Shown: piece by piece, positions 1 to 9,155 of the stretch
Position numbering within the stretch: the stretch's first letter is position 1
Layout of the letters: each line of letters opens with the position of its first letter
Source: a virus
Virus record (IMG/VR): IMGVR_UViG_3300037486_000582
Span: 1-64,000 of that record
DNA: 64,000 bases
Strand: one strand, 5' to 3'
The notes under the pieces: generated by a model
The model's input: the letters and a program-made list of their open reading frames with translations, nothing else
What the model was told of the DNA's origin: nothing
Databases searched by the model: none
Program-made: the position numbers and the translations under genes

Positions 1-530
1 TTGCCCTCACGGCCGCACTGCTGACAGCTCTGCTGCTCCTTGAGGAGCGCCCGGAAGTACGCCTCCGCGGTCCAGCCACGTTCCAGGCCGAACTTCTCGG
101 CAAGGATTCCACCATCGTCTGGCAACGTGACGCCGGCCGCGACGAGGTCGTCGTTGATCTCCATGTCCGTCGCGATGTTCCACAGCGGGAAGAACGCATC
201 GTGGTCCAGCCCCAGGCTGCGGGCCAGCTTCTCTCCGCGCTCGGCATGGCCGCGAATGGGGTGCTGAACCTCGTGGCATAGGACGCCTTCCAGCTCGGAC
301 ACCGACCAGCGGTCCAGCGGTTCCGGGTCCACCAGCATGACGTAGTTCGGCAGGATGCCGACCGTCCCGACCGCGCCGCGTTCGACCCAGACGGGAACGA
401 GCTTCACGAAGCTCGCCCCGTAGTAGCCGAACCGCCGACGCGCCATGTACCGCGCCGTCGACAGCTTCTGCTCCGGGCTGAGCCGCTTCGACTTCTCGAC
501 CGCCGCCCTCCGCTCGTCGCGCCTACTCAT
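1..530 (-). CDS. Putative HExxH metallopeptidase (DUF2201/VWA-associated type), 3'-truncated by the window edge
   Basis: Not in the ORF track because it runs off the edge. ATG at 530 overlaps the upstream stop. Translates MSRRDERRAA...EGVLCHEVQHPIRGH...WNIATDMEINDDL, showing HExxH plus the downstream NxAxDxxIN motif. Confidence 0.75.
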   Translation of the reverse strand, partial: MSRRDERRAAVEKSKRLSPEQKLSTARYMARRRFGYYGASFVKLVPVWVERGAVGTVGILPNYVMLVDPEPLDRWSVSELEGVLCHEVQHPIRGHAERGEKLARSLGLDHDAFFPLWNIATDMEINDDLVAAGVTLPDDGGILAEKFGLERGWTAEAYFRALLKEQQSCQQCGREG

Positions 531-1494
531 GGGCACCCTCCTCCGCTTCCGCCATCAGGATTGCCTGCGCCACGTTGGCCTTGAGCGAGTCGAGCCGCGC
601 GTCGATGTCGTCGAGCTTCGTGTCGAGCAGCTCCGCGTACCTGTCCAGCTTGGCGCGCATCTCGTCGCAGTACCGCACGCGGGTCTGGAGCGCCCGCTTG
701 CCGAGCTCCTCGCCGTCGTTCAGCTCGCGCTCGATGCTGGTCGCGAGCGTCTTTGCCTCCTGCGTCACGGCGTCGAGGATCGCGTCCACGGCGTCCTGCG
801 TCTGCATCGCGGGGAGCTGGAAGATGGCGTGGTCGGAGACGCTTCGAATGACCTCGACCATGCGGTCCCAGACGGGGATCATGTCGCGCGGAAGGAAGTA
901 CACACCGCCCTTGTCCCGCAGCGACACCGCGTTCATCTTGGGCAACAGGTTCGTGAGCCAGTACGAGGTCGCGCCCGGGTCGTGCTCCATGCAGGCGACG
1001 CCGAACTGGCGCTGAACGTCGCGCTGAACGCCTCCGTTGGCCCACCCCGCCGCGTCCAGGTCGATGATGTTGAGCGCCGGGCCGGGCCGGACGTCGAGGA
1101 TCGGCGTTCCAGCCTCCGTCCGCTCGTCGGAGATGGACGCGGTCAGGATCGTCGCGTGCTCCAGGTCGCGGCCGTCCGCCGCCTCGTGGACCAGGGCGAA
1201 CCCATCCACTCCGCGGCCCAGCGGGCGGACGAGCAGCCGCCGCTTGGAGCGCGTGCCCGTCAGCACGGCCATCGTTCGGCGCAACGAGTGAAGCGGGCTC
1301 GGCGGCGAGGGCAGGAGCGCGAGGTCCAGGTCGGCCTCGGTCCACGCGTCCACGAGTACCTCGTGTTCGACGGTTCCGGCGAGCCGCCAGTAGACGACCC
1401 TCCCGGCTACGTTTCCGGCGTCCGCGACGACCACCACCCCGGCGGTCCCGTTCTTGATCTCTTCTCCCGTCATTTCAGCCTCCGTCGGCGCCAC
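523..1494 (-). CDS. DUF6744/DUF3150-like phage protein
   Basis: 323 aa; VVYWRL and SLRDKGGVYFLP motifs with a coiled-coil C-terminus; adjacent to the DUF2201-like gene. Confidence 0.6.
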   Translation of the reverse strand: MAPTEAEMTGEEIKNGTAGVVVVADAGNVAGRVVYWRLAGTVEHEVLVDAWTEADLDLALLPSPPSPLHSLRRTMAVLTGTRSKRRLLVRPLGRGVDGFALVHEAADGRDLEHATILTASISDERTEAGTPILDVRPGPALNIIDLDAAGWANGGVQRDVQRQFGVACMEHDPGATSYWLTNLLPKMNAVSLRDKGGVYFLPRDMIPVWDRMVEVIRSVSDHAIFQLPAMQTQDAVDAILDAVTQEAKTLATSIERELNDGEELGKRALQTRVRYCDEMRAKLDRYAELLDTKLDDIDARLDSLKANVAQAILMAEAEEGAHE

Positions 1495-1612
1495 TCGGCA
1501 CCGAGTTCATTATTGTGCTACGAATGCACCGAACGCAAGGGAAACAATCAACGCACCGTACAGGGAGTGATCCCTCTTCCCCTTCCGCCGCGTTCCGCGC
1601 AATGATCGAAGT

Positions 1613-1816
1613 GTGGAAACGAACACGCGACGTACCGTAGACCTCCTTGCCGCCCGCTTGGAGTGCCTTGCCGTGCCGGTCGGTCAGCCCAGCGTGACCG
1701 CCCTGGCAATCGTCCTCGGGAAGCTCTGTCGGAGATTCGGCGTGGACCCAGGCGAAGCCTTCGCCGTTGCCCGGCTCGCACATTGCGCCTTCGGTGCCGA
1801 GCGGAGGATGAACTGA
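1613..1816 (+). CDS. Small hypothetical protein
   Basis: 67 aa; TGA/ATG overlap with the next gene. Confidence 0.4.
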   Translation: METNTRRTVDLLAARLECLAVPVGQPSVTALAIVLGKLCRRFGVDPGEAFAVARLAHCAFGAERRMN

Positions 1817-2265
1817 TGGGCTCGAGGAGCGCGCGGAAGGGAAAGGTCTGGGAACGGGCGGTCTGTCGGCTGCTCCGCCCCGTCTTCGGCGACGGTGTGC
1901 ACCGCGGCGACCAGCGGCGGCAGGGCGGCTCGGCTCCCGGCGAAGGATGCGACAACGAAGGCACCCCGTTCTGGGTCGAAGCCAAGCACGAGCAGCTATC
2001 GAACCCGCGTGCCGCGCTCCGCCAAGCGCGAACGAAGCAGGCCGAACGGGGCGACCTCCGCCCCGCGGTCGCCATCTGCAAGGACGACAAGCCACCTCCG
2101 GGCTGGAAGGTCGGGCGGGCGCTCGCCCCGCCAACGGTGACGATGGAGCTATCCGACTGGATCGCTCTGGTCGAGGACTGGGTCCGCCTCCGCCGCCTCG
2201 CCGGGGAGCCTGTCCTGGCTCCCGTCGGGAGCGGTGACGTGCGGAACGGCCGGGTCGAGCCGTAG
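1816..2265 (+). CDS. PD-(D/E)xK nuclease, Holliday junction resolvase-like
   Basis: Start moved to ATG 1816: MGSRSARKGKVWERAV...GCD...FWVEAK, the KG..WER / D / ExK pattern of phage Hjc-like resolvases. Confidence 0.7.
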   Translation: MGSRSARKGKVWERAVCRLLRPVFGDGVHRGDQRRQGGSAPGEGCDNEGTPFWVEAKHEQLSNPRAALRQARTKQAERGDLRPAVAICKDDKPPPGWKVGRALAPPTVTMELSDWIALVEDWVRLRRLAGEPVLAPVGSGDVRNGRVEP

Positions 2266-3180
2266 GTACTGCGCGCAGAGCGGGTCCATCTCTTCCGCGC
2301 ATCCCTGGGTACCAGGAACACACCAGAAGGCATTGAGTGTCTCGACTCCCGTAACCCGGGCGAGCCCGCGGCCACACGCCACCGTGTCGTCGCAGGCTCC
2401 GCGCTCGTCCTCGCAGCGCCCGCCCCAGGTGATCGGCCTGACCCCGGGGAAGGGCATGGGCGGCTCGTCCCCGGCAATGAGCCTCTGCGCCAGAGCAGCG
2501 GTGCCTGGGCAGGACCGCCCGTACTGACTTGCCCAGGATGCGTCCGATCCTGGGTAGCTTCGCGGCCGGGTGCAATCGAGCTCGAGCTCGGCCACCCACT
2601 GCGTGCGCCGCGACCGCGGCGGGAGCATCCCTGTGGCGAACCTCTGTGCACGGCGCATCACGGACAGCATCGTCTCTCCGTCGTCGTCGCATTCCGTGAT
2701 CCGCTGCCGGAAGCCCTCCCTGGTGCAGCCCCGGCTGCGGATGTTTCGCAGAACCTGCCAGATTCCAAGGCAGTCGAGTTCGCTTCCGTCCGCCTCGCAC
2801 ATGCAGACCCGGAGCAGCGCCGTCGCCTCTGCCTCCGCCGACTCCTCTTCGGGCACGTTCCACAGGCGAGAGCGCACCTCCGCCGGCGACTCCCACGCCC
2901 ACCGTCGTAGCTGGCGCTCGCGCAGCCGCTTGGCGCGCAAGGCCTCCGCTTCGGCTTCGGCCGCCGCGACCTCCTCCGGGGTTGCCCGCTGTACGTCGGG
3001 AAGGCGCAGCTCCCCGCGGATCGCGTTCACCCTGGCTTCCATGTCGAAGTCGTCGAGGGCGACGCTCCGCGGTACGGACCGCGCCCCGCGGTACGGTCGA
3101 GGTTGCTCGACCGGTGCGGGTTCGGCGCCGCAACCGACTCCGACCAGTATCGTCCAGATCAAGAACATGACAGCCCGCAT
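2149..3180 (-). CDS. Cys-rich lipoprotein, possible SleB/Hydrolase_2-like cell-wall hydrolase
   Basis: SD GGAGG; signal peptide with lipobox-like VGVGC; LLRVCMCEADGSELDCLGIWQVLRNIR resembles the Hydrolase_2 catalytic helix. Confidence 0.5.
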   Translation of the reverse strand: MRAVMFLIWTILVGVGCGAEPAPVEQPRPYRGARSVPRSVALDDFDMEARVNAIRGELRLPDVQRATPEEVAAAEAEAEALRAKRLRERQLRRWAWESPAEVRSRLWNVPEEESAEAEATALLRVCMCEADGSELDCLGIWQVLRNIRSRGCTREGFRQRITECDDDGETMLSVMRRAQRFATGMLPPRSRRTQWVAELELDCTRPRSYPGSDASWASQYGRSCPGTAALAQRLIAGDEPPMPFPGVRPITWGGRCEDERGACDDTVACGRGLARVTGVETLNAFWCVPGTQGCAEEMDPLCAQYLRLDPAVPHVTAPDGSQDRLPGEAAEADPVLDQSDPVG

Positions 3181-3287
3181 GAGGTACCTCCTTGTGTGGG
3201 CTCGGGCGCAAGCCGCGGCCGGTCATTGGGCGGCACGCGCCGTCGGTGCTCGGTGATGGTAGGCTGGGCTGTACACGGAGGCAACCG

Positions 3288-3680
3288 ATGCCCGGGTCGA
3301 ACTGGAAGTCTGTCGAGTGGCGCTGCTCCACGGTGGGGTGCAAGCACGCTGTCCAGCAGCGGTTCCACGTCCCCACCGACGGCGACCCTGGGAAGGCCGA
3401 ACCGCCCGCGCCCTGGACGGTCGCCCAAACGGACGATGGGAGTTGCTTCCTGTGTCCGGACTGCTCGAAACGCCGAGCCGCCGAGGCCGTCGTGGAGGAC
3501 GACCTGACGCTCGCCTACGCGGACGTGCCCCGGGAAGCGGCGGAGGCGCTCTGGGCGTCGCGCCACCTGTGCTTGCGGTGCGCGCACGCCACGGTCTGCC
3601 GTTTCGCCCCGGACGCCGACGGCTCCACCATCCTCGTGACGATTTCTGCGTGCGGGGAGTTCATCGCGGAGCCCAAGTAG
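3288..3680 (+). CDS. Cys-rich zinc-binding hypothetical protein
   Basis: SD GGAGG before ATG 3288; CxxxxC, CPDC and CLRC motifs. Confidence 0.6.
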   Translation: MPGSNWKSVEWRCSTVGCKHAVQQRFHVPTDGDPGKAEPPAPWTVAQTDDGSCFLCPDCSKRRAAEAVVEDDLTLAYADVPREAAEALWASRHLCLRCAHATVCRFAPDADGSTILVTISACGEFIAEPK

Positions 3681-3752
3681 CGGTAGAATCGGAGCCGGCC
3701 GTCGTCGCGTCGATTCCGGGACCTTCCCCCCCGGGTCGGGGCGGCGACGGCT

Positions 3753-4289
3753 TTACCATTCCGGGACTGCCGACAGGGCGTAGGCCGTCAGCGCAACGAG
3801 AGCAGCGGCGGCCACGAACCCGACCACCGTCCAGAGCGCGGGGTGGCGCCACCATGCGCTGGCCCTGTCCTCCGCCGCCTGCCTTCCACGGTCCGCCGCC
3901 GCAAGTGCGGCGACCGCCCTAGCCTCCGCCTCCTCGGACAAACTGACGATCCTGTGGAGCCGTTCGACCTGGTCGTCCCGGAGCTGCAGCCGCTCCCCCA
4001 TCAAGCCGACCCGCTCCCGGAGCAGCGGAAGTTCCTCCAGGTCGGAGAGCATCTCGCGGGCGACGTCCGCGCGGAACCACACACCGGACGCCCCGGCATA
4101 GGTCAAGGTCGCTCGGCGCGGCGACTCCGCCGGCTGCTCCTCGGCGAAACACGCCCCGGCCGCGACCAGGACGATGATGCCGAAGGCGATGGCGAACACG
4201 ACAGCGGCAACCCGCGCCGACGTGCGTGTGTCGGCGAAGACCGCGTTTGCCGCACGGAGCGCCCGCTCCTCATCCCTGGTCAAGCGCAT
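3753..4289 (-). CDS. Putative spanin-like protein (N-terminal signal/TM, coiled coil, C-terminal TM)
   Basis: Hydrophobic segments at both ends with a helical core; last gene of the lysis cassette; TGA/ATG coupled. Confidence 0.5.
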   Translation of the reverse strand: MRLTRDEERALRAANAVFADTRTSARVAAVVFAIAFGIIVLVAAGACFAEEQPAESPRRATLTYAGASGVWFRADVAREMLSDLEELPLLRERVGLMGERLQLRDDQVERLHRIVSLSEEAEARAVAALAAADRGRQAAEDRASAWWRHPALWTVVGFVAAAALVALTAYALSAVPEW

Positions 4290-4636
4290 CAGTACCCGAG
4301 CCTCTCGAACTCCGCGGCAAGCTCGGCGTCCGGAACGTCCGCCTTCTTCCGAGCAGCCGCGATGGCCTGGCGGTTCTCCTCGAGCTTCGTGTCCACGACG
4401 AGGACCGCCGCCGCGTCGTGCTTGTCGGCGGCCAACAGCTCGGCCTTCCGCCCGCGCAGCTCTGCCACCTCGCGCTGTGCGTGCTCGACCGTGACAGCGT
4501 CACGGAGAGAGGATACCCTCCGCTGGTATGCGCCAACGGCGATGGCTGCGCCGATGGCAACCCCAACGACTCCAGCCACCACACCCCACCATCGGCGCAG
4601 CCACCGCCAACCCTTGCGGAGCACACCCGTCGTCAC
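4289..4636 (-). CDS. Putative inner-membrane spanin (Rz-like)
   Basis: 115 aa; basic N-terminus, one TM helix, then coiled coil. Confidence 0.55.
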   Translation of the reverse strand: MTTGVLRKGWRWLRRWWGVVAGVVGVAIGAAIAVGAYQRRVSSLRDAVTVEHAQREVAELRGRKAELLAADKHDAAAVLVVDTKLEENRQAIAAARKKADVPDAELAAEFERLGY

Positions 4637-5064
4637 ACCGGCCCGCCGTTCTCGGACCCGCCGCCTTCCCCGCCGGCCGCCACCTCTCCGCCTCCCTCAC
4701 CACTCCCGTTGTTGATCCCGGTGAGCACGATGCCTCGCTTCTTCGCGAGCCCTTGGATCACGTCGAACGCCCAGCAACTCGCGAGCCCAGCCGCCGCGTA
4801 GTACACGGCACGCCCGGCCAGCGACTCCGCCGCCGGAACCGTCGTCGGCATCCCTGGGATGAGGCCGAGCAGCGCCCCGACCACGAACGGATGCAGGGCG
4901 AGCGTCTTTCGCCCCCACCAGAACAGCCACTGCCAGCGTCCCTTCGCCTCCGCCCGCCTCTTCGTCCAGACTTCCGCCTTGAAGACCTGGACCGTGAGCC
5001 CCGCGACCAGGGCGAACGTGATGAACGGCCAGTGAGCGAGGACGTATTCGTTGACGAACTCCAT
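4633..5064 (-). CDS. Putative holin
   Basis: Start moved to ATG 5064 (SD GGAGG); about three TM segments and a charged C-terminus; next to the endolysin candidate. Confidence 0.6.
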   Translation of the reverse strand: MEFVNEYVLAHWPFITFALVAGLTVQVFKAEVWTKRRAEAKGRWQWLFWWGRKTLALHPFVVGALLGLIPGMPTTVPAAESLAGRAVYYAAAGLASCWAFDVIQGLAKKRGIVLTGINNGSGEGGGEVAAGGEGGGSENGGPV

Positions 5065-5089
5065 CACGCGACCTCCCGCCCCGAGTGTA

Positions 5090-5938
5090 TCAGGCCGGGA
5101 GCGCCCCGGCACCGCGGCGGAGCAGCTCCGCCCACCGGGCGAGCACCCGCCACTGCCCCGGTCCGACGAAGTTCTCCGCCCACCCGATCATTCCGCGGAC
5201 GGGGACCGGGCTGCGCACGAAGTCCATCAGGTGAGCCTCCAGCTCCTCCGGCGTCTTCGGGACGGCCTTCCGGTTGGCGCCGGTCAGCGGCAGCCCGGGG
5301 TCGCGCTTGACGAAGCGGTAGCACCCAAAGCTCGGGACGACTGTGTCGAAGCCGATCTTCGCGTAGTCCGCGAGCCCTTCCAGCACGCGCCCCGCCGGCA
5401 CGTCGTAGAGCTGCGGGCTTCCGTAGTCGCATTCGAGCAGCCGCCCCGCCTTGCCCGGCTTGCCGAAGGCAGCGAAGGGGAAGTTCCGGTGGCCCCGCGG
5501 CAGCCCGTAGGACGTGAGCCCGAGCACGACGGACGGTTCGCCGACCGCGTCGAGTGCCGCTCTCGACTGCCGGAACAGGCGAGTCGCCTCCTCGGTGTGG
5601 CCTTTCAGCCCGAGTTCCGGGTCGAGCAGCCATCCGGCGAGCCCGACGCCCCGGCCGCTGGCCAAGCACATGTCGTCCACGAACTTCTCGACGCGGTCCC
5701 ACCACGGGTAACCCCAGACGTGCGCCCCGATTCCGCAGCAGGCGATGCCGTCGAGCGCGCGCTGGACCGTGGCGGGCGGGTTCATCCAGCGCTCCCCGGC
5801 CCGGTCGTGCCAGGGTCCGGCGACGGCGACCCACGACAGCCCGTTGTCGGAGAACTTCTTTCCGAGCGCCCTGGCGTCGGCGACGGTCTTGATCTTCAGT
5901 GCACGGAGGTAGAGCCCAATCCCGGTTGGTACTGGCAT
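5090..5938 (-). CDS. Putative endolysin, TIM-barrel glycoside hydrolase (GH25-like)
   Basis: 282 aa; HVWGY, WLLDPE (DxE) and SPQLY motifs; located in the lysis cassette. Confidence 0.6.
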   Translation of the reverse strand: MPVPTGIGLYLRALKIKTVADARALGKKFSDNGLSWVAVAGPWHDRAGERWMNPPATVQRALDGIACCGIGAHVWGYPWWDRVEKFVDDMCLASGRGVGLAGWLLDPELGLKGHTEEATRLFRQSRAALDAVGEPSVVLGLTSYGLPRGHRNFPFAAFGKPGKAGRLLECDYGSPQLYDVPAGRVLEGLADYAKIGFDTVVPSFGCYRFVKRDPGLPLTGANRKAVPKTPEELEAHLMDFVRSPVPVRGMIGWAENFVGPGQWRVLARWAELLRRGAGALPA

Positions 5939-5990
5939 GTCCTTCCCCTTCTGCGCCGAGCGTACCGCGCGGGCGGCGCGGCAAGCAAGC

Positions 5991-6260
5991 TCAGTCGTCG
6001 GGCGGGTCCTGGATGAACATGGTTGGCGGCGGGGTCAGCGTTTCGCGGATGTGGCGTTTCATTCGCTCCGGGTCCGCGCTTCGTTCGAGGCTGCTCGTGA
6101 GGCGCTCGGCTTTCTCGCCGACCTCGCGCAGATTCCCCGCGCTCTCCTCGACACAGGCGTCGAGCCAGCGCAGCATCCGCGTCACCTCGGTCATGTCGTC
6201 GTCGAACAGCGCGTCGAAGTCGGGTGCCTCGGCACAGGCGTTCCTGCGTACCATGCTCAC
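5991..6260 (-). CDS. Hypothetical protein
   Basis: 89 aa; SD GGAGG; ATGA overlap. Confidence 0.6.
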   Translation of the reverse strand: MSMVRRNACAEAPDFDALFDDDMTEVTRMLRWLDACVEESAGNLREVGEKAERLTSSLERSADPERMKRHIRETLTPPPTMFIQDPPDD

Positions 6261-6685
6261 CTCCCTCCGTCCGTGATGCGGATCAGGACGTCCACGGCCG
6301 AGCCGAGCTTGCCTACGGTCTGGTCGATGCTGGCGATGTGGCCGATGGTCTTCGTGGTCAGGTCGCGCATTTCAACAACTCGTCGCTCGTGCAAAGCGTC
6401 GAGTCGCATGGCGTAGCTCGAGGCTTCCGCGCGGACCTGCTCGTTCAGCTTCCGCAACTCGATCTCGTGCTTCCTTCGTTGCTCCGCGAGTTCCGCGGTG
6501 AAGCCCTTGAGCAGCGTGGTGCGCTCCTCCTCGAATGCCTTGTATGCGTCCAGCCGCTTCGTCGCCTCGGTCTGGTGGCTGTGCCACATGGCGCGGAACG
6601 CGAAGGCCACCCCGATGAGCGTCAGGAAGTACAGAGCAGCGACGACTCCGGCCTGTTCCAGCACGTTGCTCAGGAAGTCCCACAC
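6257..6685 (-). CDS. Membrane-anchored coiled-coil protein (holin/antiholin-like)
   Basis: N-terminal TM helix followed by coiled coil. Confidence 0.55.
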   Translation of the reverse strand: MWDFLSNVLEQAGVVAALYFLTLIGVAFAFRAMWHSHQTEATKRLDAYKAFEEERTTLLKGFTAELAEQRRKHEIELRKLNEQVRAEASSYAMRLDALHERRVVEMRDLTTKTIGHIASIDQTVGKLGSAVDVLIRITDGGR

Positions 6686-6722
6686 GGCCCCGCTCCATGT
6701 CGACCCCCATGCTTCCAGGCTA

Positions 6723-7190
6723 TCACGTCAGGAGGAGCAGCACAGCAGCGCCGAGAGCCGCCCAGTAGGCGAGGACCAGGAACAGGAACGGCGTCGCGAC
6801 CTTCCAGTCCACGTTCGAGAGATCGGTGTCGTTGACTCGGCGGTACCGCCCGAGCACGCCGACCGTGGAGTTGACGGCCGGGAGCGCGGCCGCGGTCGCA
6901 AGAACCCATCGCGGGGCGTCGCTGGGCCAGAGCGCGAAGCCGGCCGCGACGCCGGCCACGACGAACGCGTCGAGGACGAACGGCGCGACGCGCACGATCG
7001 TCGAAGGCTCCCCGTCGAAGGCCACCCACGCGAAGGCGAAGCGGCCACTCGGCATCCGGTGAGGCCAGGGTTCGAAGGCCACCACGCGGAGCCCAGACGC
7101 CCGGGCGGCGAGCGCGTGTGCGCCTTCGTGCACGACCGACCAGAGCAGGAAGCCCGGGAGAGCAACGGCCAGTGGCACCCACCAGGGCAC
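6723..7190 (-). CDS. Small membrane zinc metalloprotease (M50-like)
   Basis: VVHEGAH (HExxH) in a hydrophobic helix, four TM segments, downstream NDTDL. Confidence 0.6.
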   Translation of the reverse strand: MPWWVPLAVALPGFLLWSVVHEGAHALAARASGLRVVAFEPWPHRMPSGRFAFAWVAFDGEPSTIVRVAPFVLDAFVVAGVAAGFALWPSDAPRWVLATAAALPAVNSTVGVLGRYRRVNDTDLSNVDWKVATPFLFLVLAYWAALGAAVLLLLT

Positions 7191-7193
7191 GGG

Positions 7194-9146
7194 TCAGCTC
7201 ACGTCCCGCTCTGCTCCGCCGATCAGGGAGGTGAGAACGTATGTGCTGCTGAGCTGCACGAAGCGGCCGCCGATGAAACGCAGGATTGGTCCCCACGATC
7301 CGCCAGCCGGGGAGCCGTCCTCCGTGTCCACGCCGACGTAACCCCACGTCGTTCCGCCGTCCATCGTGTACACCTCTCGGTCGACCGCCATGTTTGCGAG
7401 GACCAGCCCGTCGTCCGCGGCGGCGATGCCGTCGGCCGTGTCCGCCGTCGGCATGGCTCCGGGAGATTGGTCGGTCCAGCCGGAACCCGTCGCGGCCGCC
7501 CTCCAGACCTTGCTGCTCTCGCACCCAATCCAGAAGAACCCGCCGACTTCGTCGAAGCAGCAGCAGCGGGCGTCCGACCCGGTGAGCGTGGCGTTCAGCG
7601 TCCAGGTGGCCCCGCTGTTCACGGACCGCCAGGCCTGCCCGTTCCCGCCCGTCCTGACGGCGGCGACCAGGGTTCCGGTGTCCGGGTTCACCGCGAGGTC
7701 CACGACCTCCACCGCACCGCCGGGCGTCGTGGACGCGGCCCACGCGGTGCCGTTCGCGGAGGTGATGATCTTGCCCGCTGCTCCGCCGGCGATGAACTGC
7801 GCGCCGACCGGGTCCCAGATGAGGCTCTCAATCTGGTCGCCGGCTGCGAGCATCCCCGTCGCCGTCCGCTCCGTCAGACCGGCGAGCGTCGTTCCAGTTG
7901 CGATGTACGCCCCGAGAGCAGCCGAGACGCGCCCCGCCACGACCCAGAGGTTCAGCGTCGGGGAGTAGGCGATGGCCCGAATGCGGTCGCACGTTCCGGG
8001 CAGAGCAGCGCCCGCCTGCCACCCGGAGAGCGGACCTTCGTTCGAGTACCGAACTTCTGGCGCGCCAACCGCCTCTGCGACGGCACCCCACTGGTGCGTC
8101 GACGCCGGAGGCGCGCTCATCGCGACCGCCTGCACGTTGACCCCGGCGCCGGAGCTGACCATCGCAGACATCCGGAAGTTCGACGCCCGTGCCTTCGAAC
8201 CAACCGTTCCTGTCCGCTTCAGCATGTCGATGTCGGTGAGGAGCTGGCCGATCTGGTCATAGAGCGACCCGTTCGCGACGGTCGCGAGCCCGACGGTCTG
8301 GCCTTCGATGCCGATCTTGTCGCCGCCGCCGAGCCCGAACGTTCCGACGTCGGCGAGCTTCACGATGATCTCGTCGATGGCCTGTTCCACCGACTCCGGC
8401 ACCGTCAGCGTCGTCCCATCGTGCCACGTCGGGCTCGACGCGTACTCGACGGCGGTCGCGTTGTGCTCCTTCGTGACCGCTGCCTTGTGAGCAGCCAGGT
8501 CGGTGCCGCTCGTGGCGATGGCCGTGGCCAGTGCTTGGACCGCCGCCTCGACGGTTCCGCAGGCGACGGCCGTTCCGGAGGTCGTCTTGATGGCCCACTC
8601 GCGCCGGAGGGTGCTGATGTCCGCGTTGAAGACCTGCGTCGTACCGAAGACGAGACGCACGTCTGCCAAGAGAATCTGGCTGGCTCGGAGCGCCGGCCTC
8701 GTCGCGGTCGGGATGACCGCCTCCGCGCCTTGTACCACACGGAGGGCGAACGAGTCGGTCAACTCGTAGAAGACGGTGTTTCCGTCGCCATCCAGCCGCG
8801 GGTCCGACTGCACCTGGACGTAATCAGCGAAGATGGTCAGCCACTTCTCGTTGCCGGGTGCCGCCACCGCAGTCGGATTGCTGTTCTCGTCCACGGCGCA
8901 GTTCACGTCCTGCGTGCCGGTCCATGTGACGCGGTTCCCGTTCTGGTTGTAGATGGACGCCGGGCCACCGACGTCGACCGTCAGGTTCGGCGTCCCGGCG
9001 TTCTCCGAGACGGCCGCTCCGCTCGTGATGCCGACGACCCCGTTGTCCAGCGCCCAGTCCTTCAGGGCATCCTCGACGGCTGTGAAGGCAGCGTCCAGCT
9101 CCCCTTCGGTGACCTTCTGCCGGAAGAAGAAGTTGAAGCGGTCCAT
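7194..9146 (-). CDS. Tail fibre / receptor-binding protein with C-terminal beta-propeller
   Basis: 650 aa; follows the baseplate genes; Asp-box-like repeats (TSANGTAW, RSVNSGATW, TMDGGTTW). Confidence 0.75.
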   Translation of the reverse strand: MDRFNFFFRQKVTEGELDAAFTAVEDALKDWALDNGVVGITSGAAVSENAGTPNLTVDVGGPASIYNQNGNRVTWTGTQDVNCAVDENSNPTAVAAPGNEKWLTIFADYVQVQSDPRLDGDGNTVFYELTDSFALRVVQGAEAVIPTATRPALRASQILLADVRLVFGTTQVFNADISTLRREWAIKTTSGTAVACGTVEAAVQALATAIATSGTDLAAHKAAVTKEHNATAVEYASSPTWHDGTTLTVPESVEQAIDEIIVKLADVGTFGLGGGDKIGIEGQTVGLATVANGSLYDQIGQLLTDIDMLKRTGTVGSKARASNFRMSAMVSSGAGVNVQAVAMSAPPASTHQWGAVAEAVGAPEVRYSNEGPLSGWQAGAALPGTCDRIRAIAYSPTLNLWVVAGRVSAALGAYIATGTTLAGLTERTATGMLAAGDQIESLIWDPVGAQFIAGGAAGKIITSANGTAWAASTTPGGAVEVVDLAVNPDTGTLVAAVRTGGNGQAWRSVNSGATWTLNATLTGSDARCCCFDEVGGFFWIGCESSKVWRAAATGSGWTDQSPGAMPTADTADGIAAADDGLVLANMAVDREVYTMDGGTTWGYVGVDTEDGSPAGGSWGPILRFIGGRFVQLSSTYVLTSLIGGAERDVS

Positions 9147-9155
9147 GCTTCCCTC

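Noticed and set aside
1495-1612. Divergent promoter in the A/T-richer intergenic gap
   Set aside because: Plausible, but no clean -35/-10 pair at 17-bp spacing could be fixed
7194-9146. Diversity-generating retroelement targeting the tail fibre
   Set aside because: No reverse transcriptase and no template/variable repeat pair seen
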